DNA from: an uncultured Collinsella sp.
Lineage (GTDB): Bacteria; Actinomycetota; Coriobacteriia; Coriobacteriales; Coriobacteriaceae
Direction: 5' to 3'
Assembly (NCBI GenBank): GCA_958453935.1
Contig: CAUDZT010000002.1
Location: forward strand, 121 to 64,120
Length of the DNA: 64,000 nt
Of the stretch, positions 1 to 10,217 are shown one piece after another. The notes beneath the pieces are model-generated. The model did no database searches. It was not told where the DNA came from and was given only the letters and a program-made list of their open reading frames with translations. Each line of letters starts with the position of its first letter. The first letter of the stretch is position 1. The position numbers and the translations under genes were made by a program.

Positions 1-985
1 GCTTGAGCATCTTGCCAAAGACCGTAAGGAATACCGTGACAAACGCCGTCAGCACCAAGAACAATACGAGCGTGATGCCACCGCCGGTAACAAGCGCCTC
101 AATAGCCGAAGGACGGTAGTAGTAGCTATACATACCGACAGAGGCAATGGCGCCGAAGACGAGCGTCAGGATCCATGTGACAACGTTGGCGACCAGACCC
201 GTCAAAAACTCGGGAAGGAACGAAGCGCAGAACAGCTTGGTCTTGTTGTGCTTAAACGCCGCCCAGACCTTGTCGAGCGAAAACGCGCTCTCGACACGAC
301 CGGTCACCGCAAAGTGCATCACGGCAATGTCGGCGAACATCTTAAAGAAGACCCCCAAGACCGCCGTGGCAATCATAGCCAGGACAAGCAGGCCAAGCGA
401 GCCAAACAGCGCTGCCTCGAGTGCATAGGAGCCGTAATACGAATACGAGCCCGCGGCGCCAATTACCACGCTCTCCACCAGCGAAAGCACTACACCGATA
501 ACGGGAATGGCAGCGATAACCTTGAGCACGCCCGAGATAACACCCGAAAAGACGCCCAGACCAAACGACGTGGAGCGCATCAGCGGACGATCCATGCCGT
601 CATCGACCTTAAGCGACAGGTCGCGGCCCCATTCGATGCCAAAGCCAGAACCGCACGCGCTTGCCACACAGGCAGCCAAAAAGCCGATGGCAGCCGCGAT
701 ACCGCCGATAACGGGAATGAACAGCACGAGCACTGACACGACACAGATGAGCGCCGGCAAAAAGGCGATCTGGCACGCGCGCTGCAGCACGCCCGGCGTC
801 TTGGTCATGTCCTCAAACGCCTGAGCCACACAGCCCTTGGACGCATTCGCCACGGGCGGTTGCGGAACAAACTGCTGGGGCTGACCCTGAGGGGCAGAGG
901 CTGCGGCACCGGCATTAGGAGCACCGCACGCGCCACAGAACTTGTCGTTGTCGCCCATGGGGGCACCACACTGCGAACAGAACAT
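1..985 (-). CDS. Zinc-ribbon N-terminal domain membrane protein (DUF4013-like), runs off the left edge of the window
   Basis: Not in ORF track; read manually from ATG at 985: MFCSQCGAPMGDNDKFCGACGAPNA (two CxxC), followed by hydrophobic segments; GAAGGG RBS upstream. Confidence 0.75.
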   Translation of the reverse strand, partial: MFCSQCGAPMGDNDKFCGACGAPNAGAAASAPQGQPQQFVPQPPVANASKGCVAQAFEDMTKTPGVLQRACQIAFLPALICVVSVLVLFIPVIGGIAAAIGFLAACVASACGSGFGIEWGRDLSLKVDDGMDRPLMRSTSFGLGVFSGVISGVLKVIAAIPVIGVVLSLVESVVIGAAGSYSYYGSYALEAALFGSLGLLVLAMIATAVLGVFFKMFADIAVMHFAVTGRVESAFSLDKVWAAFKHNKTKLFCASFLPEFLTGLVANVVTWILTLVFGAIASVGMYSYYYRPSAIEALVTGGGITLVLFLVLTAFVTVFLTVFGKMLK

Positions 986-1135
986 CGAAATCATCCCTTC
1001 GTATCATGAGCGAATCATCTGGATCGCAAACGATGTCTTTAGCATCATTATCACCCAATGTGGGGACAAATGCTCCAACATGACGTATTTGCAACGCGCA
1101 GGGCGCTATTCGATTGTTTGATGAGCTCGACCGCG

Positions 1136-2158
1136 TTAGTTCGTTCCGCGGAAACCCTTGCCGACGATCTCGGAGCTGTCGACAATCGTGATAAAGGCAC
1201 CCGGATCGACTTCGCGCGCATAGCGGCGCAGTTGCACGGCCTCGCGACGGCTTAGCACGCTCATGATCACCGTCACGCACTTGCCCGAGAAAGCACCGTA
1301 GCCGCGGCTGATAGTCGCCGTACGGTTGAGATGCTTGACGATAAACTCCTCGACCTTAAGGGGCTCGGAACAAATGACCGTGCAGACCTTACGCAGGTGG
1401 ATGCTCTCGATGGCTTTGTCGACCACGAGCGTCTTGGCAAACAGGCCGAGCACGCAGTACAGACCGACGCGCGGACCGTACAAGAAGGCCGCGATGGTCA
1501 CGATGCCGATATCGACCAGCAGCAGCGCACGGCCGATCTCAAGCGTCGTGCGGCGTTTGAGAATCATGGCGAGAATGTCCGTGCCGCCCGTCGAGGCACC
1601 AATATCAAAGACGATGGCGCTGCCGAGCGCCGGCAGAATCACGGCAAAGCACAGGTCGAGCCACATATCGCCCGTCATCGAGACATCGGTCGGAATAAAG
1701 AGCTCAAACAGCGAAACATAGGCGGACAGCGCAAACGAGGCAAAGACACTCCACAGGATTGCCTTGCGCTCCAAAAAGATAAAGCCCAGAACGACCAGGA
1801 CCGCATTGATAATCCACATAAAGACGCCGACGGGCAGGGTCGGGAACAGCGTGGACAGAATGACCGACACGCCCGAGGTGCCGCCAAAAGCAAAGTGATT
1901 AGGGGTTTTAAACGCGACGATGGCAAAGGCCGTGAGGATCAGGCCCAAATTGAGCTCGGCAAAAAAGCGCGGAAAGCCCGGCTCCTGGCTGCGCTTGCGA
2001 CCAGCGCGCTCGCCCCGCTCGATAACATCGCGATCGACCACGCGCTCCATCGGCACTACGGGAGGACGATGCACCTCCTCGGCAGCACGCGACGCCGCCT
2101 CTGCCGCAGCGGCCTCAATTGCCCATGCCTTGCTTTCTGTTTCGTGCTCGTCGGCCAT
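1136..2158 (-). CDS. YitT family membrane protein
   Basis: GGTSGVS, GASTGGTDI motifs and C-terminal DPGAFITI..SEIVGKGF (DUF2179-like). Confidence 0.9.
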   Translation of the reverse strand: MADEHETESKAWAIEAAAAEAASRAAEEVHRPPVVPMERVVDRDVIERGERAGRKRSQEPGFPRFFAELNLGLILTAFAIVAFKTPNHFAFGGTSGVSVILSTLFPTLPVGVFMWIINAVLVVLGFIFLERKAILWSVFASFALSAYVSLFELFIPTDVSMTGDMWLDLCFAVILPALGSAIVFDIGASTGGTDILAMILKRRTTLEIGRALLLVDIGIVTIAAFLYGPRVGLYCVLGLFAKTLVVDKAIESIHLRKVCTVICSEPLKVEEFIVKHLNRTATISRGYGAFSGKCVTVIMSVLSRREAVQLRRYAREVDPGAFITIVDSSEIVGKGFRGTN

Positions 2159-2313
2159 TACGGCAACCCCTCGTTAACAATTTGGAAACAATGCGCCCAT
2201 TAGAGTAACGCGGAACGTGGGGATTGCAACCCTTAGTTAGACGAGCGGTATGACTATATCGGGAGCGTACAAAAACGGCCGGCCACGCTTTTGCTTGCGC
2301 GGTCGGCCGTTTA

Positions 2314-2366
2314 ATGTTTTCGCAGATAAAACCTGCCAAAACAAACCTGTCCCTTTTTGGAAGGTT
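2314..2366 (+). repeat. REP-like palindromic element, family A copy 1
   Basis: tgttttcgcagataaaacctgccaaaacaaacctgtccctttttggaaggtt; overlaps the asp23 TAA stop. Confidence 0.85.
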
Positions 2367-2880
2367 ATTCGTGCTGGCTGGTGCGGTGCTCGTACTCCTC
2401 GGGGGTGATGACATCCTCGATGCGCAGGTTGACGCCCGCCACCTCAAGGCCGGTCATCGCGGCAAGGCGCTCGGTGACACGTGCCTTAACATCGTCGAAG
2501 ATCGCGGGCGCATAGGCGCCGTACTCGATGATGACGGAGATGTTGACGACCACGCGATTATCGTCGGTGACCTCGACCGTCACGCCCTTGGTCAGATTCT
2601 CGGCACCAAACTGCTCCTGCACAAAGTGCATGAGGTTACCCTTCATGCCCAGAACGTGCGGAACCTCGCGGGTGGCCATGGCAACGATCTTCTCGATCAC
2701 GCCGTTGGAATAGGTCAGCGAGTCCTCGGACTCATCCGCCTCCTCGTCGTCCTCATCCGTATCGGACTCGGCCTCGACGAGAGCCTCATCCTCGAGCGTC
2801 ACATCCTCAGCTTCGGCGACGACCGCCTCGTTCTCCTCGAGCTCGGTATCGGCTACATCGACCTTCGTATTAAAAGCCAT
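2365..2880 (-). CDS. asp23: Asp23/Gls24 family envelope stress protein
   Basis: VIEKIVAMATREVPHV..GVTVEV..V.IEYG..MTGLEVAGVNLRIEDV signature; downstream of amaP and DUF2273. Confidence 0.85.
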   Translation of the reverse strand: MAFNTKVDVADTELEENEAVVAEAEDVTLEDEALVEAESDTDEDDEEADESEDSLTYSNGVIEKIVAMATREVPHVLGMKGNLMHFVQEQFGAENLTKGVTVEVTDDNRVVVNISVIIEYGAYAPAIFDDVKARVTERLAAMTGLEVAGVNLRIEDVITPEEYEHRTSQHE

Positions 2881-2924
2881 GGTTCCTCCTTATGCCTGCC
2901 GCGGATGCGACAGTCGAATACATA

Positions 2925-3302
2925 TTAGCGGCCGCTAAACAGACGGCCGAAGAAGTTGACGATCCCGTTCTCGCCGTCGCGGATCTGACCAATTACGGCG
3001 CCGATCAGCACGAAGAATGCAATGACGAGCGTGTCCCACAGGCCCAACGTGAGCACCAACACGGCGAGGATAAAGCCGGCGACGGCGCCGAGCGTGGTGT
3101 TGGGATGACGCACAGCATAGCTCCAGATGGCAGCGCCCGTACCCTTGATGAGACCCATAGCCTCGTCAAAATCCGCGGCTGCCGCGTCTTGTAACTCGGT
3201 TGCCTCTGCTTTGGAATCAACAGGTTCGCTCGCCGACGTGGCGCTCTGGTCAATCGTCAGGCGCGGCGTACGAGCGGTCTTATCTTGATTGGTATCACTC
3301 AC
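2925..3302 (-). CDS. DUF2273-type small integral membrane protein
   Basis: GTG start at 3302 overlapping the amaP stop; C-terminal LGAVAGFILAVLVLTLGLWDTLVIAFFVLIGAVIG; synteny amaP-DUF2273-asp23. Confidence 0.75.
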   Translation of the reverse strand: MSDTNQDKTARTPRLTIDQSATSASEPVDSKAEATELQDAAAADFDEAMGLIKGTGAAIWSYAVRHPNTTLGAVAGFILAVLVLTLGLWDTLVIAFFVLIGAVIGQIRDGENGIVNFFGRLFSGR

Positions 3303-3840
3303 CGGAAACCTCCACGGTCTGGACGGTAGTCTTGGACGGCAAAAAACGGACACGCGCGGTCGTACCCGGCGTGCCGAGCATGGTGTCGCAGGCCTTCTCG
3401 ATGCGCTGCTGCATCGAGGTGGCAAGAGCGGCAACGTCCTTATCATCGAGCGCGATGGCCTCGACCTTAAAACGGACGTGCGAATCGTCGGAGCCTTGGA
3501 CGCGGGCCTCGACATGCTCGACCATCACGCGGTCGTCACGCTCGGCAGCAGCCCTGGCGCACGAAGAAAGCGCCGCAAGGGTAACCTCGATATTGCGCTC
3601 CCCCGCCGGATGCACGCAGGACGGTTCGCGACGGGCGAACATCAGGCGGAAAAAGCTTACCAGCACGCCGATCGCCACGACGCCGGCGCACGCCGTGACG
3701 ACGATGCGCGGCATGGGGTCGCGCATCAGCAGCATAAAGCGATACGTATACGGCCCCCAAAACTGGCAGACAAGCGTACCCAGCGCCACGATGGTGGCGG
3801 CAAGATACACGATCGCTAGGGCTCGTTTGAGTACGCGCAC
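3295..3840 (-). CDS. amaP: Alkaline shock response membrane anchor protein AmaP-like
   Basis: Two N-terminal TM helices plus Asp23-like C-terminal domain; operon context. Confidence 0.7.
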   Translation of the reverse strand: MRVLKRALAIVYLAATIVALGTLVCQFWGPYTYRFMLLMRDPMPRIVVTACAGVVAIGVLVSFFRLMFARREPSCVHPAGERNIEVTLAALSSCARAAAERDDRVMVEHVEARVQGSDDSHVRFKVEAIALDDKDVAALATSMQQRIEKACDTMLGTPGTTARVRFLPSKTTVQTVEVSGE

Positions 3841-4006
3841 GCGGCGCTCCCTTCAAATCTCGGCTCTCGAAATGCAGAACGGTTCGCATCATTATAAAAG
3901 AGCCGGGTCCGGTGCTCTACGCACGCGGATCCGGCTCATCTATTCCACGAGGCTTGCATGCTCGCTTCATTATGCCCAGATATGCACGGCTTAACCCGTG
4001 CGAGCG

Positions 4007-4813
4007 CTACTCCTCCTCGAGGGCAGCGATGACCTCGTCGGTCATGTCCATGGTGCTGTAAACATCCTGGACGTCGTCGAGCTCCTCAAGACGGTCGATG
4101 AGGCGCTGGACCTTCTTGGCGTCGGTACCAGAGACCTCGGTCGGGGTGGTCGGGACCATGGTGGTCTCGGAACCCTTGACCTGGACGCCCTGCTCCTCGA
4201 GCGCCTTGGAGACAGCCATGACGTCGTTGGCAGCAGTCCAGACGATCCACTCCTCGCCGGCATCCTCGTAGTCCTCGCCACCGGCCTCGGCGATGGCCAT
4301 CATGAACTCATCCTCGTCACCGGCAGCACCGTTGGCGATCATGGTCTCCTTCTTGGCGTTCTCGTCCAGGATCTCCTTGGCGACGACGATCTGGCCCTTG
4401 CGCTCAAACTGGAAGGCGACGGAGCCGGAGGTGCCCAGGTTGCCACCAGCGTGGGAGAAGGCGGAACGGACATCAGCGGCGGTACGGTTGCGGTTGTCGG
4501 TCAGGCAGTCGACGTAGACGGCGACACCGGCGGGACCGTAGCCCTCGTACACGATGTTCTCGTAGACGGCGGCGTCAGCACCCGAACCAAAAGCCTTGTC
4601 GATAGCGGACTTGATCTTGTCCTTAGGCATGGACTGAGCCTTGGCCTTGGCAACGGCAGCGGCGAGGCTGGCGTTGTTCTCGGGCAGCGGGTCACCGCCG
4701 AGACGGGCAGCAACGGTGATGTTGCGGCTGAGCTTGGAGAAGAGGGCGGAACGCTTGGCGTCCTGCGCGCCCTTACGATGCTTGGTTGTGGCCCACTTAG
4801 AGTGTCCGGACAT
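4007..4813 (-). CDS. yebC: YebC/PmpR family protein
   Basis: MSGHSKWATTKHRK, YEGYGPAGVA, LTDNRNRT, DDVQDVY. Confidence 0.97.
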   Translation of the reverse strand: MSGHSKWATTKHRKGAQDAKRSALFSKLSRNITVAARLGGDPLPENNASLAAAVAKAKAQSMPKDKIKSAIDKAFGSGADAAVYENIVYEGYGPAGVAVYVDCLTDNRNRTAADVRSAFSHAGGNLGTSGSVAFQFERKGQIVVAKEILDENAKKETMIANGAAGDEDEFMMAIAEAGGEDYEDAGEEWIVWTAANDVMAVSKALEEQGVQVKGSETTMVPTTPTEVSGTDAKKVQRLIDRLEELDDVQDVYSTMDMTDEVIAALEEE

Positions 4814-4977
4814 ACGTGTCTCCTATCGGTTTCGACCTAAAGCCCAGCGCAGATGCTCGGGCAATATAAACAAACGTCGTTATGATATACCTACTAGCCT
4901 GCGAGATAAACCCCAAAATGAAGGCGTCGTGATGATGTCCCCTTTGGTGCAAAGAAACCTGACCCCAATGCACCAAG

Positions 4978-7161
4978 TTAGGACCAGAGGAAGTCGCTGC
5001 GGGTGACGGTGGCGCCGATGGCGAAGGGCATGCAGGCGATGACCGGATACAGGTAGCGCATGTAGGTCGAGCCGTTGCACGGACCAATCAGGCACACGGC
5101 GAGCACGCCCAGCAGCGGCACCCAAATGGCCAGCCCGCGCCACGAATGGCGGCGCAACAGGTAGACCACCACGGCGATCATAATCCACACATAGGTGGCC
5201 GAGCTCATGGTGAGCGAGATAAACGGAATGCGCTGCACCGCCACGCGATACAGGTTGATCAGGTGGTCGCACCAGCGCACAACCTTGCTATCGACCGGAT
5301 GGAAGTCAAAGTACTTGAGGTTATCGGGCTTCGCCATAATCTCGGCACTGCGCGCCGTGCTGTAGACCCACGCATCGCGGGCACTCGGATAAAAGTAGCC
5401 GTAGTAGTTATTGATGAGCGCCGAGATGTAGCACTCGGGATCCTTTTTGAGCATCTGCGCCCAGACCTCAAAATAGGCCTTGATGTCCTCCTGCGAGGCG
5501 TACTCGTTAAAGCAATTTTTGACGGCGTCCGACTTATCCGGGTTGTAGCGGCGGCCCAGATTGTCGTACTTGAGCACACGGTCGATCACGGCACGCTCAT
5601 CGTCGGTCACCAAGCCGTCGCAAGGAGCCTCCACGATAGTGCCGTCCTCCTTAACCGTAGGGTTGACACCCGAGTTGAGGCCGTCGTGCTTTTGGACGAA
5701 ACGAGCCGTCTGCTGGAACGGAATCGAGAGGATTTCGCGCTTGGAGCCGGGCGTAATGTCGTGCGCCGGCATAAACACCTTGGTGAAGTACATATTAGAG
5801 GCAAGACAGAGTGCAAGCACCGCGAGGACGCCAACCCAGCGGAAGCGCGGCGTGGCGCATGAGACCGCGGTGCCCGTCTGCTTAGCCGCACGACGGGCGA
5901 CATGTACATCCCATGCGCAAAACGCCGCCGCAATCACGCAGGCCGCCAACGGAAAGACCAGACCGCCATTGCGCAAAAACGTGGAACCCATGGCAGCCAG
6001 CGCAAGCAACAGCCAGTCGTGGCGCGCAAAGAGCACGGGCCTCTGTTCGCCCGCACGCTCGGCATTGGCATCACGACGGGGCAAGCCACATGCCACGAGC
6101 TTGACGGTCTGTACCAGCAGCACCAAAAACGCGTCGGCAAAGAGCACGTCTTTGGTGAGCAACGCCGCGTAGTTAGAGAACATCGGCATAAACGCAAAGA
6201 ACAGCAGGATCGCACCGCGAACCGGCAGGCTCACGCCCAGTTTGCGCAGCGACGAAATGGAATAGGCCATGCAGGCAGCCGTGATGACAAATTGAGCGCA
6301 GGTATAGATGATGAGGCCCGCGTTAGCGCTGTTGAACAGCGAAAGCCCCAGTTGAACGCACGAGCCGATAATGGCCGTGTGCACTACGGGATGATGCCCG
6401 TTGAGCAGCACGTTGGGGTTGAGTAGGCGCAGGTAGTCGCTCGTGCCGTTGGGATAGTTGAACCACTGGCGAATCTGCGCACCCGTATCTCCCATAAAAA
6501 GGCCGGGCAGCGAAGCGATGAGCGTGGGTGCCCAGGCGATCATAAGCACCAGGAAGGGCCCGGCAAAGGGATGGACCGAGAGCACGGCGTGAGCCACACG
6601 CCATATGCGGCCAAAGTGCGCCTCGGAAAACGGGATGCGTCGGGAGCTCAGCCAATCCAGACACTCAAAAGCCAGATAGAAGGCCACGATCGCTAGGAGC
6701 ATCCAGCCCGCGCCGCCAATCCAGGCGCAGATGATGCGGGCCTTGTCGCCAAGAACAATCTCGGCCGAGTCGGTGAGGTCGTAGCTGCGGCCGAACACCA
6801 TGCAGATGGCGAAAAACAGCGACGGCAGAATGATCGATGGACGCCAGGTGTCGCCACGGCCAAAGAACACGTAGCGAAACGGCAGCGTGAGCAGGCAGGC
6901 AAGCGCAAGCAGCATGACCGCGTCGGTATGGCCGGCAAACGAGAGGAGCACCTCGTAGCACACGTACAGCATGCCCGAGGCTTTGGGGTCAATCGCCAAG
7001 ACTGCGTTGCTCGACACCGGGGCGGGATCGATGGAAAACGCCGTGGTCGCCAACAGCGCGAGCAGAAATGCGATGAGCGTCTGCTTGGCGGGGTAGCGCT
7101 TAAACCAGACGATGCGGGCCGCGTCGCGCGCAGCCGTTGTGGAGAGATCGGAATCCTTCAC
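4978..7161 (-). CDS. Polytopic membrane protein, DUF6020/GT-C glycosyltransferase-like
   Basis: PG...DT..Q, NGHHPVVHT, KDVLF, RNGG, C-terminal RYLYP motifs; many TM segments. Confidence 0.7.
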   Translation of the reverse strand: MKDSDLSTTAARDAARIVWFKRYPAKQTLIAFLLALLATTAFSIDPAPVSSNAVLAIDPKASGMLYVCYEVLLSFAGHTDAVMLLALACLLTLPFRYVFFGRGDTWRPSIILPSLFFAICMVFGRSYDLTDSAEIVLGDKARIICAWIGGAGWMLLAIVAFYLAFECLDWLSSRRIPFSEAHFGRIWRVAHAVLSVHPFAGPFLVLMIAWAPTLIASLPGLFMGDTGAQIRQWFNYPNGTSDYLRLLNPNVLLNGHHPVVHTAIIGSCVQLGLSLFNSANAGLIIYTCAQFVITAACMAYSISSLRKLGVSLPVRGAILLFFAFMPMFSNYAALLTKDVLFADAFLVLLVQTVKLVACGLPRRDANAERAGEQRPVLFARHDWLLLALAAMGSTFLRNGGLVFPLAACVIAAAFCAWDVHVARRAAKQTGTAVSCATPRFRWVGVLAVLALCLASNMYFTKVFMPAHDITPGSKREILSIPFQQTARFVQKHDGLNSGVNPTVKEDGTIVEAPCDGLVTDDERAVIDRVLKYDNLGRRYNPDKSDAVKNCFNEYASQEDIKAYFEVWAQMLKKDPECYISALINNYYGYFYPSARDAWVYSTARSAEIMAKPDNLKYFDFHPVDSKVVRWCDHLINLYRVAVQRIPFISLTMSSATYVWIMIAVVVYLLRRHSWRGLAIWVPLLGVLAVCLIGPCNGSTYMRYLYPVIACMPFAIGATVTRSDFLWS

Positions 7162-7180
7162 AGTCCGAAAGCCTTTCTAG

Positions 7181-7233
7181 AAACCTATCAAAAAGGGACA
7201 GGTTTATTTTGGCAGGTTTTATCTGGAAAACGT
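7181..7233 (-). repeat. REP-like element family A copy 2 (reverse orientation)
   Basis: aaacctatcaaaaagggacaggtttattttggcaggttttatctggaaaacgt. Confidence 0.85.
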
Positions 7234-7258
7234 TACGGTTCTGTCATCGTTGCCCAGC

Positions 7259-7296
7259 AAACCACCACAAAGGTGCCTGTCCCCTTTGTGGTGGTT
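7259..7296. repeat. REP-like hairpin family B (shares CCTGTCCC core); possible lgt terminator
   Basis: aaccaccacaaagg-tgcctgtcc-cctttgtggtggtt; overlaps the lgt TAA stop. Confidence 0.75.
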
Positions 7297-8116
7297 AGAC
7301 GTCCAGGTAGATACGCTGGGGACGATTGCGGTGTCGGGCGAAGATGATGAGCGCCAGGCCGGCGATCACGAGCGGCAAGCTCAGCAGCTGGCCCATGGTG
7401 ATGACGCCTCCCAGCAGATAACCCAGCTGGGCATCGGGCACGCGCACAAACTCAACGAGAAAGCGGACGATGCCGTACCCCATCACGAACACGCCCATAA
7501 ACGTGCCCTGGGGCAGCAGCGGCTTTTTGCGACTGAGCACCTGTAGGATGCAAAAGAGCACGATGCCCTCTAGAAACGCCTCGTAGAGCTGGGAGGGATG
7601 GCGCGGCATATCGCCCGCGGTGCCGCCAAAGACCACACCCCAGGGCAGATCGGTCGGCTTACCCCACAGCTCGCCGTTGACGAAATTGGCACAACGTCCC
7701 AGGCACAGCGCCAGCGGAGCACCGATCACAGCAAGGTCGGCGATGGTCCAGGCGTCGAGCTTGTACATGCGGCACACGATGATGCCGCCCAAGATGCCGC
7801 CCACCAGGCCGCCGTGGAAGCTCATGCCTCCCTCGTTGGTGGCAAAGATTTCGAGCGGGTGGGTCCAATAGTAGCCATCGCCGTAAAAGACGACGTAAAA
7901 CAGGCGCGCGCCGATGATGAGGCCAAAGACCGCGCCGACCACGACGCTCGTCAGGTCATCAATCGTAATGTCGAAGCCCCAGCGGCGCTGCGTGCGATAC
8001 ATAACGACTGCCGTAAGCAGGGCGCCGACCACATAGGCCAGGCCGTACCAGTAGATGGTGATGGGGCCCGCCGAGATCGCGACGGGATCAAGCATATGGT
8101 AGAGGTCGTTGAGCAT
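7295..8116 (-). CDS. lgt: Prolipoprotein diacylglyceryl transferase
   Basis: WYG, GARLFYV, GGMSFHGG, GR..NFVNGELWG, RHPSQLYEA, RFLVEFVR.PD. Confidence 0.97.
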   Translation of the reverse strand: MLNDLYHMLDPVAISAGPITIYWYGLAYVVGALLTAVVMYRTQRRWGFDITIDDLTSVVVGAVFGLIIGARLFYVVFYGDGYYWTHPLEIFATNEGGMSFHGGLVGGILGGIIVCRMYKLDAWTIADLAVIGAPLALCLGRCANFVNGELWGKPTDLPWGVVFGGTAGDMPRHPSQLYEAFLEGIVLFCILQVLSRKKPLLPQGTFMGVFVMGYGIVRFLVEFVRVPDAQLGYLLGGVITMGQLLSLPLVIAGLALIIFARHRNRPQRIYLDV

Positions 8117-8224
8117 ATCGATCCCTTGCTCCCTATATACAAATGCGGCCGCGGGCCTTACGCTCGCAGCCGCATATTTGGGCGTAACGTCTATGCGGAG
8201 CGTACCGTCCGCAGCTTTCGCGTC

Positions 8225-8503
8225 TTAGAACGGCGCGTACTCGTCGTACAGGTCCTCGGCCTCGCCGGAAGCATTGACCTGCTCAACGCGGGTAACGCCG
8301 GGCACATGCTCCTTCAGGATGCGCTCGATACCCATGGAAAGGGTTAGCGAACTCATGGGGCAGCCGGCGCAGGCGCCCTGCAGCTCCAGCTTGACAACAC
8401 CCTCGTCGTCGACGCCCACATACTCCATATCGCCGCCATCGGCCTGCAGGTTGGGGCGAATCTCTTCAAGAACCTTCTTAAGCAGCTCTTCGTTAACAGC
8501 CAC
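8225..8503 (-). CDS. NifU/Nfu family Fe-S cluster carrier
   Basis: IRP.LQADGGD..LQGACAGCP.S..TL..GIE. Confidence 0.93.
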   Translation of the reverse strand: MAVNEELLKKVLEEIRPNLQADGGDMEYVGVDDEGVVKLELQGACAGCPMSSLTLSMGIERILKEHVPGVTRVEQVNASGEAEDLYDEYAPF

Positions 8504-8680
8504 AGGGGCTCCTTTCTCACAATAACGCGGGCACGCCCGCGGACAGAAGCTATGTTACTACAGCCATGTACCCGCTCACGAGCCGTCCATGCGCGCAGAC
8601 GCGACTTTCACGAGTAGTCAATTTGGGACGGGGCTCTTTTAGCTGTTTTTGTTGCCGAGCAGTGCCGGCGCACATCGTTG

Positions 8681-9205
8681 CTACCGCTGAGCCTGTCCCC
8701 CGGTGCCAATCTGGACATCGACGATAACCTGGCGATAGCTGATGCCGCAGGAGTCGAGGATGCGGCGGCTGATGCGGCCATCATCGGTGTCGGCATACTT
8801 ATTGTCCAGGTAGACAACCTCGCCCACGCCCACCTGCGCCAAAATCTTGGCGCAGTCGTGGCACGGGAACAGCGTGACGTAGACCGTGGAACCCTCGAGG
8901 TCCTTGAGCGAGCCACGGTAGTTGAGCACGGCGTTGGCCTCGGCATGGACCACGTAGTTGTGCTTGTCCTGCAGCGGGTCGTCGCTCGTACCCCACGGGA
9001 AAAAGTCGTCGTTGAGCGCCGAGGGTGTACCGTTGTAGCCCACCGAAAGGATGCGGTGGTTGGTGCTGGCGATGCACGCACCCACCTGTGTGTTGGGGTC
9101 CTTGCTGCGGCGCTGCGCGGCGATGGCCACGCTCATAAAGAACTCGTCCCAGCTAATGACGTCCAGGCGCTTGCCTGACGAAGTTTGATGAAGATCGTCC
9201 GACAT
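8681..9205 (-). CDS. dCMP deaminase family protein
   Basis: WDEFFM, RSKDPNTQVGAC, HAEANA, FPCHDC; start moved to ATG 9205 behind GGAGG. Confidence 0.93.
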   Translation of the reverse strand: MSDDLHQTSSGKRLDVISWDEFFMSVAIAAQRRSKDPNTQVGACIASTNHRILSVGYNGTPSALNDDFFPWGTSDDPLQDKHNYVVHAEANAVLNYRGSLKDLEGSTVYVTLFPCHDCAKILAQVGVGEVVYLDNKYADTDDGRISRRILDSCGISYRQVIVDVQIGTGGQAQR

Positions 9206-9289
9206 GGCAGACACCTCCGTAATCGCAATAGTTTGACCCATTGTAGCAGGTGAAAGGTGGAGGCGTTTGTCCCACCGGCGCCCTCACTT

Positions 9290-10141
9290 TTACACGCGGC
9301 GGGGCTTTTGGTTGATGCGGTAGAGCTCGGCGAGACCCCGCAGCGTCAGCGCGTCATCGACCGTCAGGCTATGGCCGACCAGCGCCGCAAGTGCCTCGGC
9401 ATCGTCGCCGGTAATGACGATGGGTACATTGCCCTCCCCCGCGGCCTTGGTCGCGCGCATCTCGGCAAGCACCATGTCGAGCATGCCGTCGATGCGTGCC
9501 ACCTCGCCCAGAACCACGCCCGAACGCATGGCCTCGCGCGTGTTGCGGCCGATTACATGTGTGGGTGCCGAGGGCTCGACCTGCGGCAGGCGCGCCGCAG
9601 CAGCCGAAAGCGAGCGGGCGCCGAGCGCCAGACCCGGCGCGATGACGCCGCCGACAAAGGTTCCGCGCGCATCGATAACCTCGATATTGGTTGTGGTACC
9701 CAGGTCGATTACGATGCACGGAGAGCCATAGACGGCGCGGGCCGCCACGGCATCGGCGATGCGGTCAGGACCGATCTCGGCCGGGTCATCGTAGTGCACG
9801 GGCATGCCGGTTTTGAGGCCCGGCCCCACGGTGAGCACGCGCCCCGTGCAGGTGCGGGAAAGCGCCGCCTTCCACGGACGCTCGAGCGCCGGGACTACAC
9901 AGCTCAGCACGGCCGCGGCGGGTGCAAGCACCCCGGGCACACCTGCATCGGCGGCGAGCGCGCCCATGACCTGCATAAGTCGCATGCGCGCTTCGTCGGC
10001 CGTAATGCTCGACGGCGTCGTGATCTCGCATGTCGCAAGCGGACATTCCTGCGCCGCGGCCGAATCCTCTGCAAACAGGCCAAAGCGAATGAACGTGTTG
10101 CCCACGTCGACCGTCAATATATATGCGCACCCATTAAGCAT
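9290..10141 (-). CDS. coaX: Type III pantothenate kinase
   Basis: DVGNT, IGPDR, IDLGTTT, GGVIAPG, TGD, L.GL; start at ATG 10141 behind AAAGGAG. Confidence 0.93.
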   Translation of the reverse strand: MLNGCAYILTVDVGNTFIRFGLFAEDSAAAQECPLATCEITTPSSITADEARMRLMQVMGALAADAGVPGVLAPAAAVLSCVVPALERPWKAALSRTCTGRVLTVGPGLKTGMPVHYDDPAEIGPDRIADAVAARAVYGSPCIVIDLGTTTNIEVIDARGTFVGGVIAPGLALGARSLSAAAARLPQVEPSAPTHVIGRNTREAMRSGVVLGEVARIDGMLDMVLAEMRATKAAGEGNVPIVITGDDAEALAALVGHSLTVDDALTLRGLAELYRINQKPRRV

Positions 10142-10217
10142 CGTCGGCGCTCCTTTCGTCTGTCCAGCAGTATATCGCCTACCTAAACCAGTCATCCCAA
10201 AATGACTGGCTTGCGGT

